Made by a program: the position numbers and the translations under genes
In this document: piece by piece, positions 42,951-52,300 of the stretch
How positions within the stretch are numbered: position 1 is the stretch's first letter
How the letters are laid out: every line of letters begins with the position of its first letter
Notes under the pieces: model-generated
The model's input: only the letters and a program-made list of their open reading frames with translations
What the model was told of the DNA's origin: nothing
Databases searched by the model: none
Origin: Hyalangium minutum
GTDB taxonomy: Bacteria > Myxococcota > Myxococcia > Myxococcales > Myxococcaceae
DNA: 62,000 bases
Reading direction: 5' to 3'
NCBI RefSeq assembly: GCF_000737315.1
Contig: NZ_JMCB01000001.1
Span: 82,001-144,000, forward strand

Positions 42951-45900
42951 TCTGCTCGCCAGGCCCTCCGAGTCCGCTCCCGCCGAGCCCCCGCCCCCGC
43001 CCCCGCAGGCCGCCGCTGCAGCGGCTCCCGCGGCAACGTCCCCCGCCGTGGAGTCCTCGAAGCCGGCGCCGCGCGCGCCCGCCGCGCGAGAGGAGGCGGA
43101 TGAGGATGAGATCGCCATCGTGGGCGTCGCGGGACGCTACCCGCAGGCACGCGACCTGGACGAGTTCTGGGCCAACCTGAAGGCAGGCCGGGACTGCATC
43201 ACCGAGATCCCCCGCTCCCGGTGGGAGGTGGAGCGCTACTTCGATTCCGAGCGTGGCAAGCCGGGCCGCACCTACAGCCGGTGGGGTGGCTTCATCGACG
43301 GCGTGGACGAGTTCGATCCGCTCTTCTTCAACATCTCGCCGCGCGAGGCCGAGATGATGGATCCCCAGGAGCGCGTCTTCCTGGAGACAGCCTGGGCCGC
43401 GCTGGAAGATGCGGGCTACACGCGCGAGCGGCTGGGCACGGGCAAGGGCAATGACATCGGCGTCTTCGCCGGGGTGATGTGGAGCGACTACCAGCTCTTC
43501 GGCCTGGAGGAGATCCTCAAGGGCAACCCGGTGGTCGCCGGCTCGTGGTTCTCCTCGGTGGCCAACCGGATCTCCTATTTCCTGAACCTGCAGGGCCCGA
43601 GCGTCCCAGTGGACACGGCATGCTCCTCGTCGCTCTACGCCATCCACCTGGCGTGCGAGAGCATCAAGCGCGGCGAGTGCAGCGCGGCGCTCGTGGGTGG
43701 CGTCAACGCCTCCCTGCACTTCTCGAAGTACCTCAAGCTGAGCGAGCTGCAGATGCTGTCGACGGACGGGCGCTGCCGGACGTTCGGCAAGGGTGGCAAT
43801 GGCTACGTCCCCGGCGAGGGGGTGGGTGCCGTGCTCCTCAAGCCGCTGAAGCGAGCGATCGCCGACAGAGACACCATCCACGCCGTCATCAAGTCCACGG
43901 CGGTCAACCACGGAGGCCGCACCAGTGGCTTCTCCGTGCCAAGCCCGGACGCACAGGCGCGGCTCATCCGGGATGCGCTGGAGAAGGCCCGCATCCCCGC
44001 CTCCACGGTGAGCTACATCGAAGCACATGGCACGGGCACCTCGCTGGGTGACCCCATCGAGATCGCGGGCCTGACGAGCGCCTTCCGCGGCGACAGCACG
44101 GAGAAGGGCTTCTGCGCGGTGGGCTCGGTGAAGTCCAACATCGGCCACCTGGAGGCCGCGGCGGGCATCGCTGGGCTGACCAAAGTGCTGCTGTGCATGA
44201 GGCACCGCACGCTGGTGCCCTCCCTGCACTCGCGGGAGCTCAACCCCAGCATCCCCTTCGCGGACACTCCCTTCTACGTGCCGCAGGAAGCACGTGCGTG
44301 GGAGAAGCGCACGGGTCATCCCCGCCGCGCGGGCATCAGCTCCTTCGGCGCGGGCGGCTCCAATGCCCACATCCTCTTGGAGGAGTATGAGGATCCACGG
44401 GTGGGACGCGAGGCCGCCTCGGCGCTCCCGCAGCTGGTGGTGCTGTCCGCACGCACCCCAGAGCGCCTCCAGGAGTCCGCGCGGAAGCTGCGCGACTTCC
44501 TAGAAGCCCATGGGGAGGCACGGCTGGAGGACCTCGCGTACACCCTGCAGGTGGGCCGCGAGACGATGGAGGCGCGGCTCGCCGTGGTGGCGCAGGACAA
44601 GGCGGAGCTGCGCAAGGCGCTGGAAGGCTACCTCGACGGCACCCCGGAGGGAGCGCGACGGGTCCTCAGCGGCCAGGTGAAGCGGGGCGCCAGCGGCGCC
44701 GGAAGCGAGAGCGAGGATCACGCCTACCACCAGTCGCTGTGGCAGGGCGGAAAGCTGGCCCGGCTCGCAGCCCTGTGGACGGAGGGCACGGAGATCACCT
44801 GGTCCCGGCTGGAGCACTCCCCCACGCTGAGGCGCATTCCGCTGCCCACGTACCCCTTCGCCCGCCGGCGCTGCTGGATCCCTCAGGTGGCCTCGTCGCG
44901 GGGAGCAGGTGCCTCGGCGGCCCCGGTGCTGCACCCGCTGATCGACGCCAACACCTCCACGTTGAAGGGTCCGCGCTTCCTCAAGCGGCTCACGGCCACC
45001 GAGTTCTATGTGGCCGATCACATCGTCCGTGAGCAGCGGCTGCTGCCGGGCGTGGTGTCGCTGGAGATGGCCCGGGCCGCGGGTGCGCTGGCTTCCGAGA
45101 CCGGGATCTCCCACCTGCGGAATGTCCTCTGGGCCAGCCCGCTCGTCGTGGACTCGCCGCGGGACGTGACCGTCCGGCTCAGCGCTGGCGGCGCCCATGT
45201 CGAGTTCGAGGTGGTGACGGGCTCGGGCGAGGAGGCCACCGTGCACGCGCTCGGCAAGCTCTATTCCTCTTCCGGGGAGGCACAGCAGCCCCCAGCTCCC
45301 GTCTCGATCGATGAGATCCAGCGGCGCTGCGCCCAGGTGCTCTCCGACGAGGCTGTCTACTCCGGGTTCGTGGCGCGGGGCTTCCGGTACGGCCCGGGCC
45401 TGCGAGCCATTCACGAGCTGCGCACTGGGCCGGGTGAGGCCCTCGCCGAGCTGCGCCTGCCCGAGCATCTCCAGGCAGAGGCCAGCGCCTATGTCCTGCA
45501 CCCCGCCCTCCTCGACGGTGCGCTCCAGGCGGTCTCCGGCCTGACGCCCCCCGCCTCGGGCGGCGAGGGCGAGCTGCTGCCTTTCTCCGTGGGAGAGCTG
45601 CGGCTCCACAGCCCCATCCCCTCGCGCTGCTTCGTCCACGTCACCGTGGGAGAGCCCAAGGAGAGCACCGGCACGCCTACCCGCTTCCACCTGCGCCTGC
45701 TCGATGAGGCCGGCCGAACGCTCGTCAGCCTGCGGGACTTCACGCTGCGAAGGGTGGCGCGAGAGGAGCTCCCGGTACAGCGCCCCGTGGAGAATCCTGA
45801 GGGGCTGCTGATCTACGAGCCCCACTGGGAAGAGACCCCCGTGCCTGCTCCGTACATCCCCTCGGGCGGAGACGCCCAGCGCCCCTTCCTCGTCTTCGAG

Positions 45901-48900
45901 CGGGAGGAGGCGCACTCGCAAGGGCTCCGGCGCCAGCTGCGCGAGCGCTCCGGTGAGGCGCCCATCATCCGGGTGCAGCCCGGCGAGGGCTTCCGCTGCC
46001 TCTCTCCGGAGCACTATCAGATCACTCCGGCTCGCGAGGAGGACTACCGCCAGCTGTGGGAGGCGCTCCGCGAGCGGGGACTCCAGCCCGCGGCCCTCTT
46101 CCACCTCTGGAACCACGAGGCGCGCCCACTCGCCTTCGACACGGCCTCGAGTGCCGAGACCGTGTCCACCGAGCTCCAGGAGCAGCTGCGCCTGGGGCTC
46201 CAATCGCTCTTCCTGCTTGCACGGACCCTGCCTGGGCTCCGGCTGCGGGAGCGGCTGCCCGTCATCTACGCCTTCCAGGGCGAGGGCGAGCAGCCGCAGC
46301 ACTCGGCCGTCGCGGGCTTCGCGCGAAGCGTGGCGCTGGAGAACCCCAAGCTGCGGGTGCGGGTGGTACGGTTCGCCCCGCGCCAGGCTGAGGTCCCCGC
46401 AGACTGGGATGCGCTCCTGCGCGAGCTGCAGCCGCCCGAGCAGACGGAGGTCCGTATCGGCTCCGCCGGCCGGCAGGTGCGGCGCTTCGCTCCCGTGGCG
46501 CCCCCTGCCTCTGGCACGAGCGCCCGGCCGGGGCTGCTCCGTCCACGCGGGGTGTATCTGCTCACGGGGGGCGCAGGCGGACTGGGGCTCGTCTTCGCCC
46601 GGTACCTGGCTCGCGAGGCCCAGGCCCGTGTGGCCCTACTGGGCCGCTCTCCGCTGGATGCGGCCCGGAGGGCTTCGCTCTCCGAGCTGGAGGCGATGGG
46701 TGCCGAGGTGCTGTACCTGAGCGCCGACGTGGCCGATCCCGCGGCGCTGCAGACAGCCGTCACCCGCGTGCGGGAGCGGTTCGGCGCGCTCCACGGCATC
46801 ATCCACGCCGCCGGCGTCATCGAGGACGCCATGGCCGTCAACAAGCCCTTGAATTCCTTCCAGCGGGTGCTCACCCCGAAGATCCAGGGGACGCTGAACC
46901 TCGACGCCGCCACCCGGGAAGTGCCGCTCGACTTCCTGGTGCTGTTCTCCTCCGCCTCCGCTGTCTTCGGCAGCATGGGGCAGACGGACTACGCCGCGGG
47001 CAACCAGTTCATGGACGCGTTCGCAACCCTGCGCGAGGAGCTGCGCGAGCGCGGCCTGCGGAGCGGACGCACGCTCTCGCTCAACTGGCCGCTGTGGCGC
47101 GAGGGCGGCATGCGCATCCAGCCCGAGGTGGAGGAGATGATCCTCCGCAACACGGGACTGAAGGTGTTGGAGACCGGGCGAGGCCTTACCGCCTTCTCGC
47201 TGGCCCAGGCGCTCCCCGGCTCCCAGCTCATGCTGCTGGAGGGCGATCCCGCCGTCATCCACAAGCGCATCGAGCTGGCCACCCAGCCCGTCGTCCGGCC
47301 CCAGCGCTCCGCCCCGCCGCCCCCCGCCGCGCCGGAGCCCGCCGTGGCCGAGCGCGCCGTGGCCCCTCCGACCCTCGAAACGCTCCAGTCCCACCTCGAG
47401 CAGGATCTGAGCGAAACCTGCTCGGCGTTGCTCAAGGTCTCCACGAGCGAGCTCGACGCCGAGGCGGACTTCAGCGACTACGGCGTGGACTCGTTGATGA
47501 TCATGCGGATCCTCGATCACCTCGAGGAGCGCTACACCGTGAGCCTCGATCCGAGTGCCCTCACAGAGCACCCCTCCATTCGCTCCCTGGCGAAGCACCT
47601 CGTGGCTGAGCACCGCGGCCACGTGGAGGCGAGGCTCGCCACGCCTGCCCAGGCTCCAGAGCCTGTCCAGCCCCTCGCCGCCCCCGCCTCGCCGCCTCCT
47701 CCGCCGCCGGCCAGCCCCTCCCTCCTTGGGAGAGAGACGCCCTCCCATACGCCCACCGCCTCGGTCCCAGCGCAGGAGGTCCGTGCGGCCGCACCCACGC
47801 TCCTGCGTCCCAGTGACCCGCCCCGGCGCGTCGCCGTCATCGGCGTGGCCTGCCGGTTCCCGGGCTCCCACGGCCCCGAGTCCTTCTGGGCCAACCTCGC
47901 GGCGGGCCGGGATCTGGTGACGACCGTGCCCACGGAGCGTTGGGACGCCGAGCGGTACTATGACCCGCGCAAGGCGGTGCCCAACAAGAGCTACTCGAAG
48001 TGGGGAGCCTTCGCGGAAGAGGTGGACTTGTTCGACGCGGCCTTCTTCGGCATCGCCGAGGAGGATGCGGACTGGATGGATCCCCAGCAGCGCATCGCGC
48101 TGGAGACGGCGCAGGAGCTGCTGGACGGGGCGGGTTACCCGCGGAAGGAGCTCGCGCACAGCCGGACCGGCGTCTTCCTGGGCGCCACCGCCAACGACTA
48201 CGTGCGCAGCGGCTTCCGAGGCCACGGGCGCTCCACGCCGCACCTGCTGCTGAACACGCTCCAGAACATGGTGGCGGCGCGCATCTCCCACTTCTGGGAC
48301 TTGAAGGGCCCGTCGCTCGTCGTCGACACGGCCTGCTCCTCCTCGCTGCTCGCCATCCATCACGCCTGCCGCGGCATCCTGTCAGGCGAGATCGACATGG
48401 CCATCGCGGGCGGGATGTACCTGCTGCTGGATCCTTTCCTCCACGTCAGCTTCAGCCAGGCGCAGCTGCTCTCGGAGGACGGGCGCACCCGCATCTTCGA
48501 CCGCAAGGCCAGCGGCTTCACGCCGGGCGAGGGCGTGGGCATGGTGCTGCTCAAGGAGTACGGGCAGGCCGTGCGCGACGGGGACCGCATCCTGGCCACC
48601 GTGCTTGGCTCGGCGGTCAACAACGATGGGCGCACCCTGGGGCTGACCATGCCCAGCAAGGAGGCCCAGGTGGAGGTCATCGGCGAAGCCCTCCGCCTCT
48701 CTGGAGTCTCCGCGCGGGACATCGGCTACCTGGAGACCCATGGCTCGGGGAATGCCTTCGGAGATCCGCTGGAGATCCACGCGGCCAGCGAGGTCTTCCG
48801 CCGGGAGAGCTCGCGCAAGCAGTACTGCGGGGTGGGCTCGGTGAAGTCCAACATCGGCGCGCTGCTCCAGGCCGGGGCGGTGGCGAGCTTCATCAAGGTG

Positions 48901-49308
48901 GTGCTGGCGCTCCAGCACCAGGAGCTCCCCGCCACCGTGCACTGCGAGGAGCCGCATCCGCGGTTCCACTTCCCGGAGACGCCCTTCTTCCCTGTCACCC
49001 AGCTGCAGCCCTGGGAGCCCCTGGGTGGGACCCGCTACGCGGCCGTCTCCTCCTTTGGATTGGGGGGCACCAACTGCCACCTCGTGCTGGGCCAGGGTGA
49101 CGCGCTGCACCCCGGCTACCGGCCCACACGCCAGCCGCTGGCGCCCACGCGCTTCCAGCGCAAGCGGCACTGGATGCCCTGGACCGAGGCCCAGGAGCCG
49201 AGGAACACGCAGCCCCCCTCGCTGGAGCAGCTCCTCGATGCGCTCGACCAGGGCGCCATCGCCGTGGAGCAGGCAGTGAACGTCATCACCGGCGGCGCCA
49301 GGCCCTAG
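41746..49308 (+). CDS. trans-AT PKS 2: DH-ACP-KS4-DH-KR(B)-ACP-KS5(non-elongating)-docking domain
   Basis: ATG 41746 overlaps the PKS1 stop (ATGA). KS4 triad intact; DH DHIVREQRLLPG and LLDG; KR HAAGVIED; ACP GVDS. KS5 has Cys and HGSG but GAL in place of GHL. Confidence 0.95.
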   Translation: MSPTIVNPPVMALSSKRLKTTVLFEDYMVRDHLVHGVRILPGVFFLDLTYRMARQQGLEPGQVELRRCLFIEPIAVTESYDKQVRLSVEPQGDHAAISVESRKVKDGVALEEQWTANFTCELHQVPREPRAPLDIARLRATATRRADADELYAFARSVDIDHQEFMKALGTLHYGQGWLLAEVTLSELAQGYLEHFHVHPAYLDFSTLMPFCLFEKDAAERQPFIPIFIDAFRAHGPLSRTCVAYVEQTGQQSLSGDTVHSDIRLFSPEGELLVHFRNFRAKKIRTRNLITQHQAPSQAPEPARPALTPVAPPAAPRPSASASPLERVQAELRSLVSRALKRLPEDVDVNAGFYEQGLASVDLLQIVRALEARLGRELYPTLLFEYTTVSALAGYLVEQFGDLLARPSESAPAEPPPPPPQAAAAAAPAATSPAVESSKPAPRAPAAREEADEDEIAIVGVAGRYPQARDLDEFWANLKAGRDCITEIPRSRWEVERYFDSERGKPGRTYSRWGGFIDGVDEFDPLFFNISPREAEMMDPQERVFLETAWAALEDAGYTRERLGTGKGNDIGVFAGVMWSDYQLFGLEEILKGNPVVAGSWFSSVANRISYFLNLQGPSVPVDTACSSSLYAIHLACESIKRGECSAALVGGVNASLHFSKYLKLSELQMLSTDGRCRTFGKGGNGYVPGEGVGAVLLKPLKRAIADRDTIHAVIKSTAVNHGGRTSGFSVPSPDAQARLIRDALEKARIPASTVSYIEAHGTGTSLGDPIEIAGLTSAFRGDSTEKGFCAVGSVKSNIGHLEAAAGIAGLTKVLLCMRHRTLVPSLHSRELNPSIPFADTPFYVPQEARAWEKRTGHPRRAGISSFGAGGSNAHILLEEYEDPRVGREAASALPQLVVLSARTPERLQESARKLRDFLEAHGEARLEDLAYTLQVGRETMEARLAVVAQDKAELRKALEGYLDGTPEGARRVLSGQVKRGASGAGSESEDHAYHQSLWQGGKLARLAALWTEGTEITWSRLEHSPTLRRIPLPTYPFARRRCWIPQVASSRGAGASAAPVLHPLIDANTSTLKGPRFLKRLTATEFYVADHIVREQRLLPGVVSLEMARAAGALASETGISHLRNVLWASPLVVDSPRDVTVRLSAGGAHVEFEVVTGSGEEATVHALGKLYSSSGEAQQPPAPVSIDEIQRRCAQVLSDEAVYSGFVARGFRYGPGLRAIHELRTGPGEALAELRLPEHLQAEASAYVLHPALLDGALQAVSGLTPPASGGEGELLPFSVGELRLHSPIPSRCFVHVTVGEPKESTGTPTRFHLRLLDEAGRTLVSLRDFTLRRVAREELPVQRPVENPEGLLIYEPHWEETPVPAPYIPSGGDAQRPFLVFEREEAHSQGLRRQLRERSGEAPIIRVQPGEGFRCLSPEHYQITPAREEDYRQLWEALRERGLQPAALFHLWNHEARPLAFDTASSAETVSTELQEQLRLGLQSLFLLARTLPGLRLRERLPVIYAFQGEGEQPQHSAVAGFARSVALENPKLRVRVVRFAPRQAEVPADWDALLRELQPPEQTEVRIGSAGRQVRRFAPVAPPASGTSARPGLLRPRGVYLLTGGAGGLGLVFARYLAREAQARVALLGRSPLDAARRASLSELEAMGAEVLYLSADVADPAALQTAVTRVRERFGALHGIIHAAGVIEDAMAVNKPLNSFQRVLTPKIQGTLNLDAATREVPLDFLVLFSSASAVFGSMGQTDYAAGNQFMDAFATLREELRERGLRSGRTLSLNWPLWREGGMRIQPEVEEMILRNTGLKVLETGRGLTAFSLAQALPGSQLMLLEGDPAVIHKRIELATQPVVRPQRSAPPPPAAPEPAVAERAVAPPTLETLQSHLEQDLSETCSALLKVSTSELDAEADFSDYGVDSLMIMRILDHLEERYTVSLDPSALTEHPSIRSLAKHLVAEHRGHVEARLATPAQAPEPVQPLAAPASPPPPPPASPSLLGRETPSHTPTASVPAQEVRAAAPTLLRPSDPPRRVAVIGVACRFPGSHGPESFWANLAAGRDLVTTVPTERWDAERYYDPRKAVPNKSYSKWGAFAEEVDLFDAAFFGIAEEDADWMDPQQRIALETAQELLDGAGYPRKELAHSRTGVFLGATANDYVRSGFRGHGRSTPHLLLNTLQNMVAARISHFWDLKGPSLVVDTACSSSLLAIHHACRGILSGEIDMAIAGGMYLLLDPFLHVSFSQAQLLSEDGRTRIFDRKASGFTPGEGVGMVLLKEYGQAVRDGDRILATVLGSAVNNDGRTLGLTMPSKEAQVEVIGEALRLSGVSARDIGYLETHGSGNAFGDPLEIHAASEVFRRESSRKQYCGVGSVKSNIGALLQAGAVASFIKVVLALQHQELPATVHCEEPHPRFHFPETPFFPVTQLQPWEPLGGTRYAAVSSFGLGGTNCHLVLGQGDALHPGYRPTRQPLAPTRFQRKRHWMPWTEAQEPRNTQPPSLEQLLDALDQGAIAVEQAVNVITGGARP
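47825..49095 (+). other. KS5, non-elongating KS0
   Basis: DTAC Cys at 48334; ETHGSGNAFGD (His at 48739); KSNIGALL with Ala at 48859-48861 replacing the second catalytic His. Confidence 0.85.
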
Positions 49309-49328
49309 AAACGATTTCGAGCCAGCAC

Positions 49329-52300
49329 ATGACCGAGCGGATTGTGAGCACGAACAGCACCCTCCAGGCATACACCCGGGAGATTCTGGAGAAGTTCGTC
49401 CGGAAGGAGCTCTCACGCGAAGAGGCCCTGGTCCTGCTGCGGAGCCCTGCGCGGCCCGCAGCGGAGCCGGCCGCGCCCGCGGTCCCTGAAGAGCCCTCGC
49501 TCGCGGAGGCGACCACGCGCTACCTGGCACGGCAGCTGGAGGAGCTCGGGAAAGCAGCAGCCCCCGAGCGGAACTTCATGGAGCTGGGGCTGGGCTCGGC
49601 GGACCTGCTGGAGCTCAACACGCGGCTTGAGCGCGATCTGCGCATCGATCTCGTGCCCACGGTCTTCTTCGATCACTCCAGCGTCGGGCGCCTGGCGGAC
49701 TACCTCGCGCGGACTTTCCCGGAGCAGCTCGCCCACGCGCTGCGAGAGTCCCCCAGCGAGGTGCCTTCCGCTCCCGCGCCCTCCCCCGCTCCCACCCCCA
49801 CTCCCACTCCCGCTCCGCTGCCCACCGCCACGCCGCTGGCCCACACTGCTCCCTCCAAGCAGCCGAGGAACGAGCCCTCGGGCGCCCCGGGGACGCGCAC
49901 GGGGGACATCGCCATCATCGGCATGGCGGGCCTGTTCCCGCAGTCGCCCGATCTGGACACGTTCTGGAAGAACCTGGCGGCGGCGAAAGATCTCGTGGAG
50001 GAAGTCCCACGCGAGCGCTGGGACGTGGCGGCCTGGTACGACCCCACCCAGACGCAGCCCAACCGCATCTCCTGCAAGTGGGGGAGCTTCGTCCCGGACG
50101 TGGACAAGTTCGACCCGCTCTTCTTCCACATCTCTCCGCGTGAGGCGGAGGTGATGGACCCGCAGGTGCGGCTGCTGCTCCAGGTGCTCTACAGCACGGC
50201 GGAAGACGCGGGCTGCGTGAGCGCGCTGCGGGGCTCGCACACGGGAATGTTCGTGGGGGCCTGCTTCCGCGACTACGACGACGAGATGCTGCGGCGCGGG
50301 CTTCCGGTGGGGCCGCATGACGGGACGGGCAACGCCGCGACAATGCTGGCCAACCGGCCCTCCTTCTTCTTCGACCTCAAGGGGCCGAGCCTCACGGTGG
50401 ACACCGCCTGCTCCTCCTCGCTGGTGGCGCTGCACCTGGCCTGCCAGGCGCTGCGGCGCGGCGAGTGCGACATGGCCTTCGCCGCGGGCGTGAACCTCAT
50501 CCTCAGCCCGCGCCACTACTTGCACTTCTCCGCGATGAAAGCGCTGTCGCCGACGGGGCACTGCCACGCGTTCGACAGCACCGCGGATGGGTATGTGCCG
50601 GGCGAGGCCGTGGCCGCCGTCCTCCTCAAGCCGCTCGAGCAGGCCCTGCGGGATGGCGATCCCATCCACGCCGTCATCAAGGGCACCAGCGTCAACCATG
50701 GCGGCTACACCAACTCCATCACCGCGCCCAGCCCCGCGATGCAAGCCGAGCTGCTGCTGGAGGCGTGGAAGGACGCCGGCATCGATCCGGAGACGCTGAG
50801 CTACATCGAGGCGCACGGGACGGGCACCCGGCTGGGGGACCCCATCGAGGTGGAGGGGCTGAAGCTGGCCTTCGCCCGGCACACCACGAAGCAGCGCTTC
50901 TGTGCGCTGGGCTCGGCCAAGGCGCACCTGGGCCACACCGAGGCGGCGGCCGGCCTCACCGGCCTCGTCAAGGTGGTGCTCTCGATGAACCGGGGGCTCA
51001 TCCCCTCCATGCCGGGCTTCCGGGAGCTCAACCCCTTCATCAAGCTCGAAGGCAGCCCGCTCTACATCAACGAGAAGCCGAAGGCCTGGCTCACGCCCGT
51101 GGGAGCCCCACGCCGCGCTGGAGTCAGCTCGTTTGGCTTCGGCGGAGCCAACGCGCACGTGGTGCTGGAGGAGTACGTACAGCCCCGCCCAGAAGCGGCC
51201 TCGGAGACGACGGGGATGCCGCTGCTCTTTCCCTTCTCCGCACGGGATGAGGTGCGGCTGCGCGAGCTGGTGGAGCGCTTCGAGTCCTTCCTGTCACGGG
51301 ATGCAGGGCCTTCGCTCGCGGAGGTGGCGTACACCCTCCAGACGGGACGCGCCACGCTGGCCTCGCGGCTGGCCATCATCGCCAGCTCGCACGCGGATCT
51401 GCTGACGGCGCTCAAGGACTTCCAGGCGCGTCGCGAGGTGCCCCTGCCCGGGCTCGTGCGCGTGCGAGAGGACGGCTCTGTCCTGCTCCAGGCCGAGGCG
51501 GCTCCTGGCGAAGCCGGGCTTGCGGAGCTTGCCGGACGGTGGCTGCGCGGGGAGGCCGTCACCTGGCCGGCCCCAGCCTCCGAGTCTCTTCGCCGCGTCT
51601 CGCTGCCCACCTCCACCTTCGCCCGGGAGCGCTACTGGTTCGAGGCAACTCCCGGGGTCACTGGGGTGGAGCCAGCGCCCGCCCAACCCCAGCTGCCCCC
51701 GGCGGGGGCCGAGCTGACGTGGTTCAAGCCCGAGTGGTTCCCCTCCGCGCTGTCCGCGCCCAGCGAGGTCCCAGCCACAGCCGGCGCCGTGCTGGTGTTC
51801 GACCCGGACGGATCGTTCACGCAACAGGTCGAGGCCCAGGATCGCCTGCGCGGGTCCGCTCGCGCGGTGGTGCGCATCCAGCCGGGCGCGGAGTTCCGCC
51901 GTGTGGGGCCGCGGCACTATGAGCTCCAGCCAGAGCACGCGGCAGACTACGAGCGGCTCCTCGATGCGCTGGCCAACGATGGCCTCCGCCTCGCGGGGAT
52001 CCTGTTCTTCTGGGGGAAGCGCAGCCGCTTCGAGTCACCGGACGCCCTGCTAGAGGGGCTCGATGATGCGCTCGGCCAGGGGCTCTACCCGCTGGTGCGG
52101 CTCATCCAGGCCTTGCTGCCCCGGCGCAAGGACGAGCGGATCCAGTTGCTCTATGTCTACCGGTCGGGCGGAGAAGAGGTGATCGCCCACCATGAGGCGC
52201 TGTCCGGCCTTGCGCGTGCGGTGACGGCCGCCGCCCCATGGTTGAACTTCCGCCTCCTGGGGATGGATGCGTCAGGCACGACACCCGAGCTGCGGGTGGA

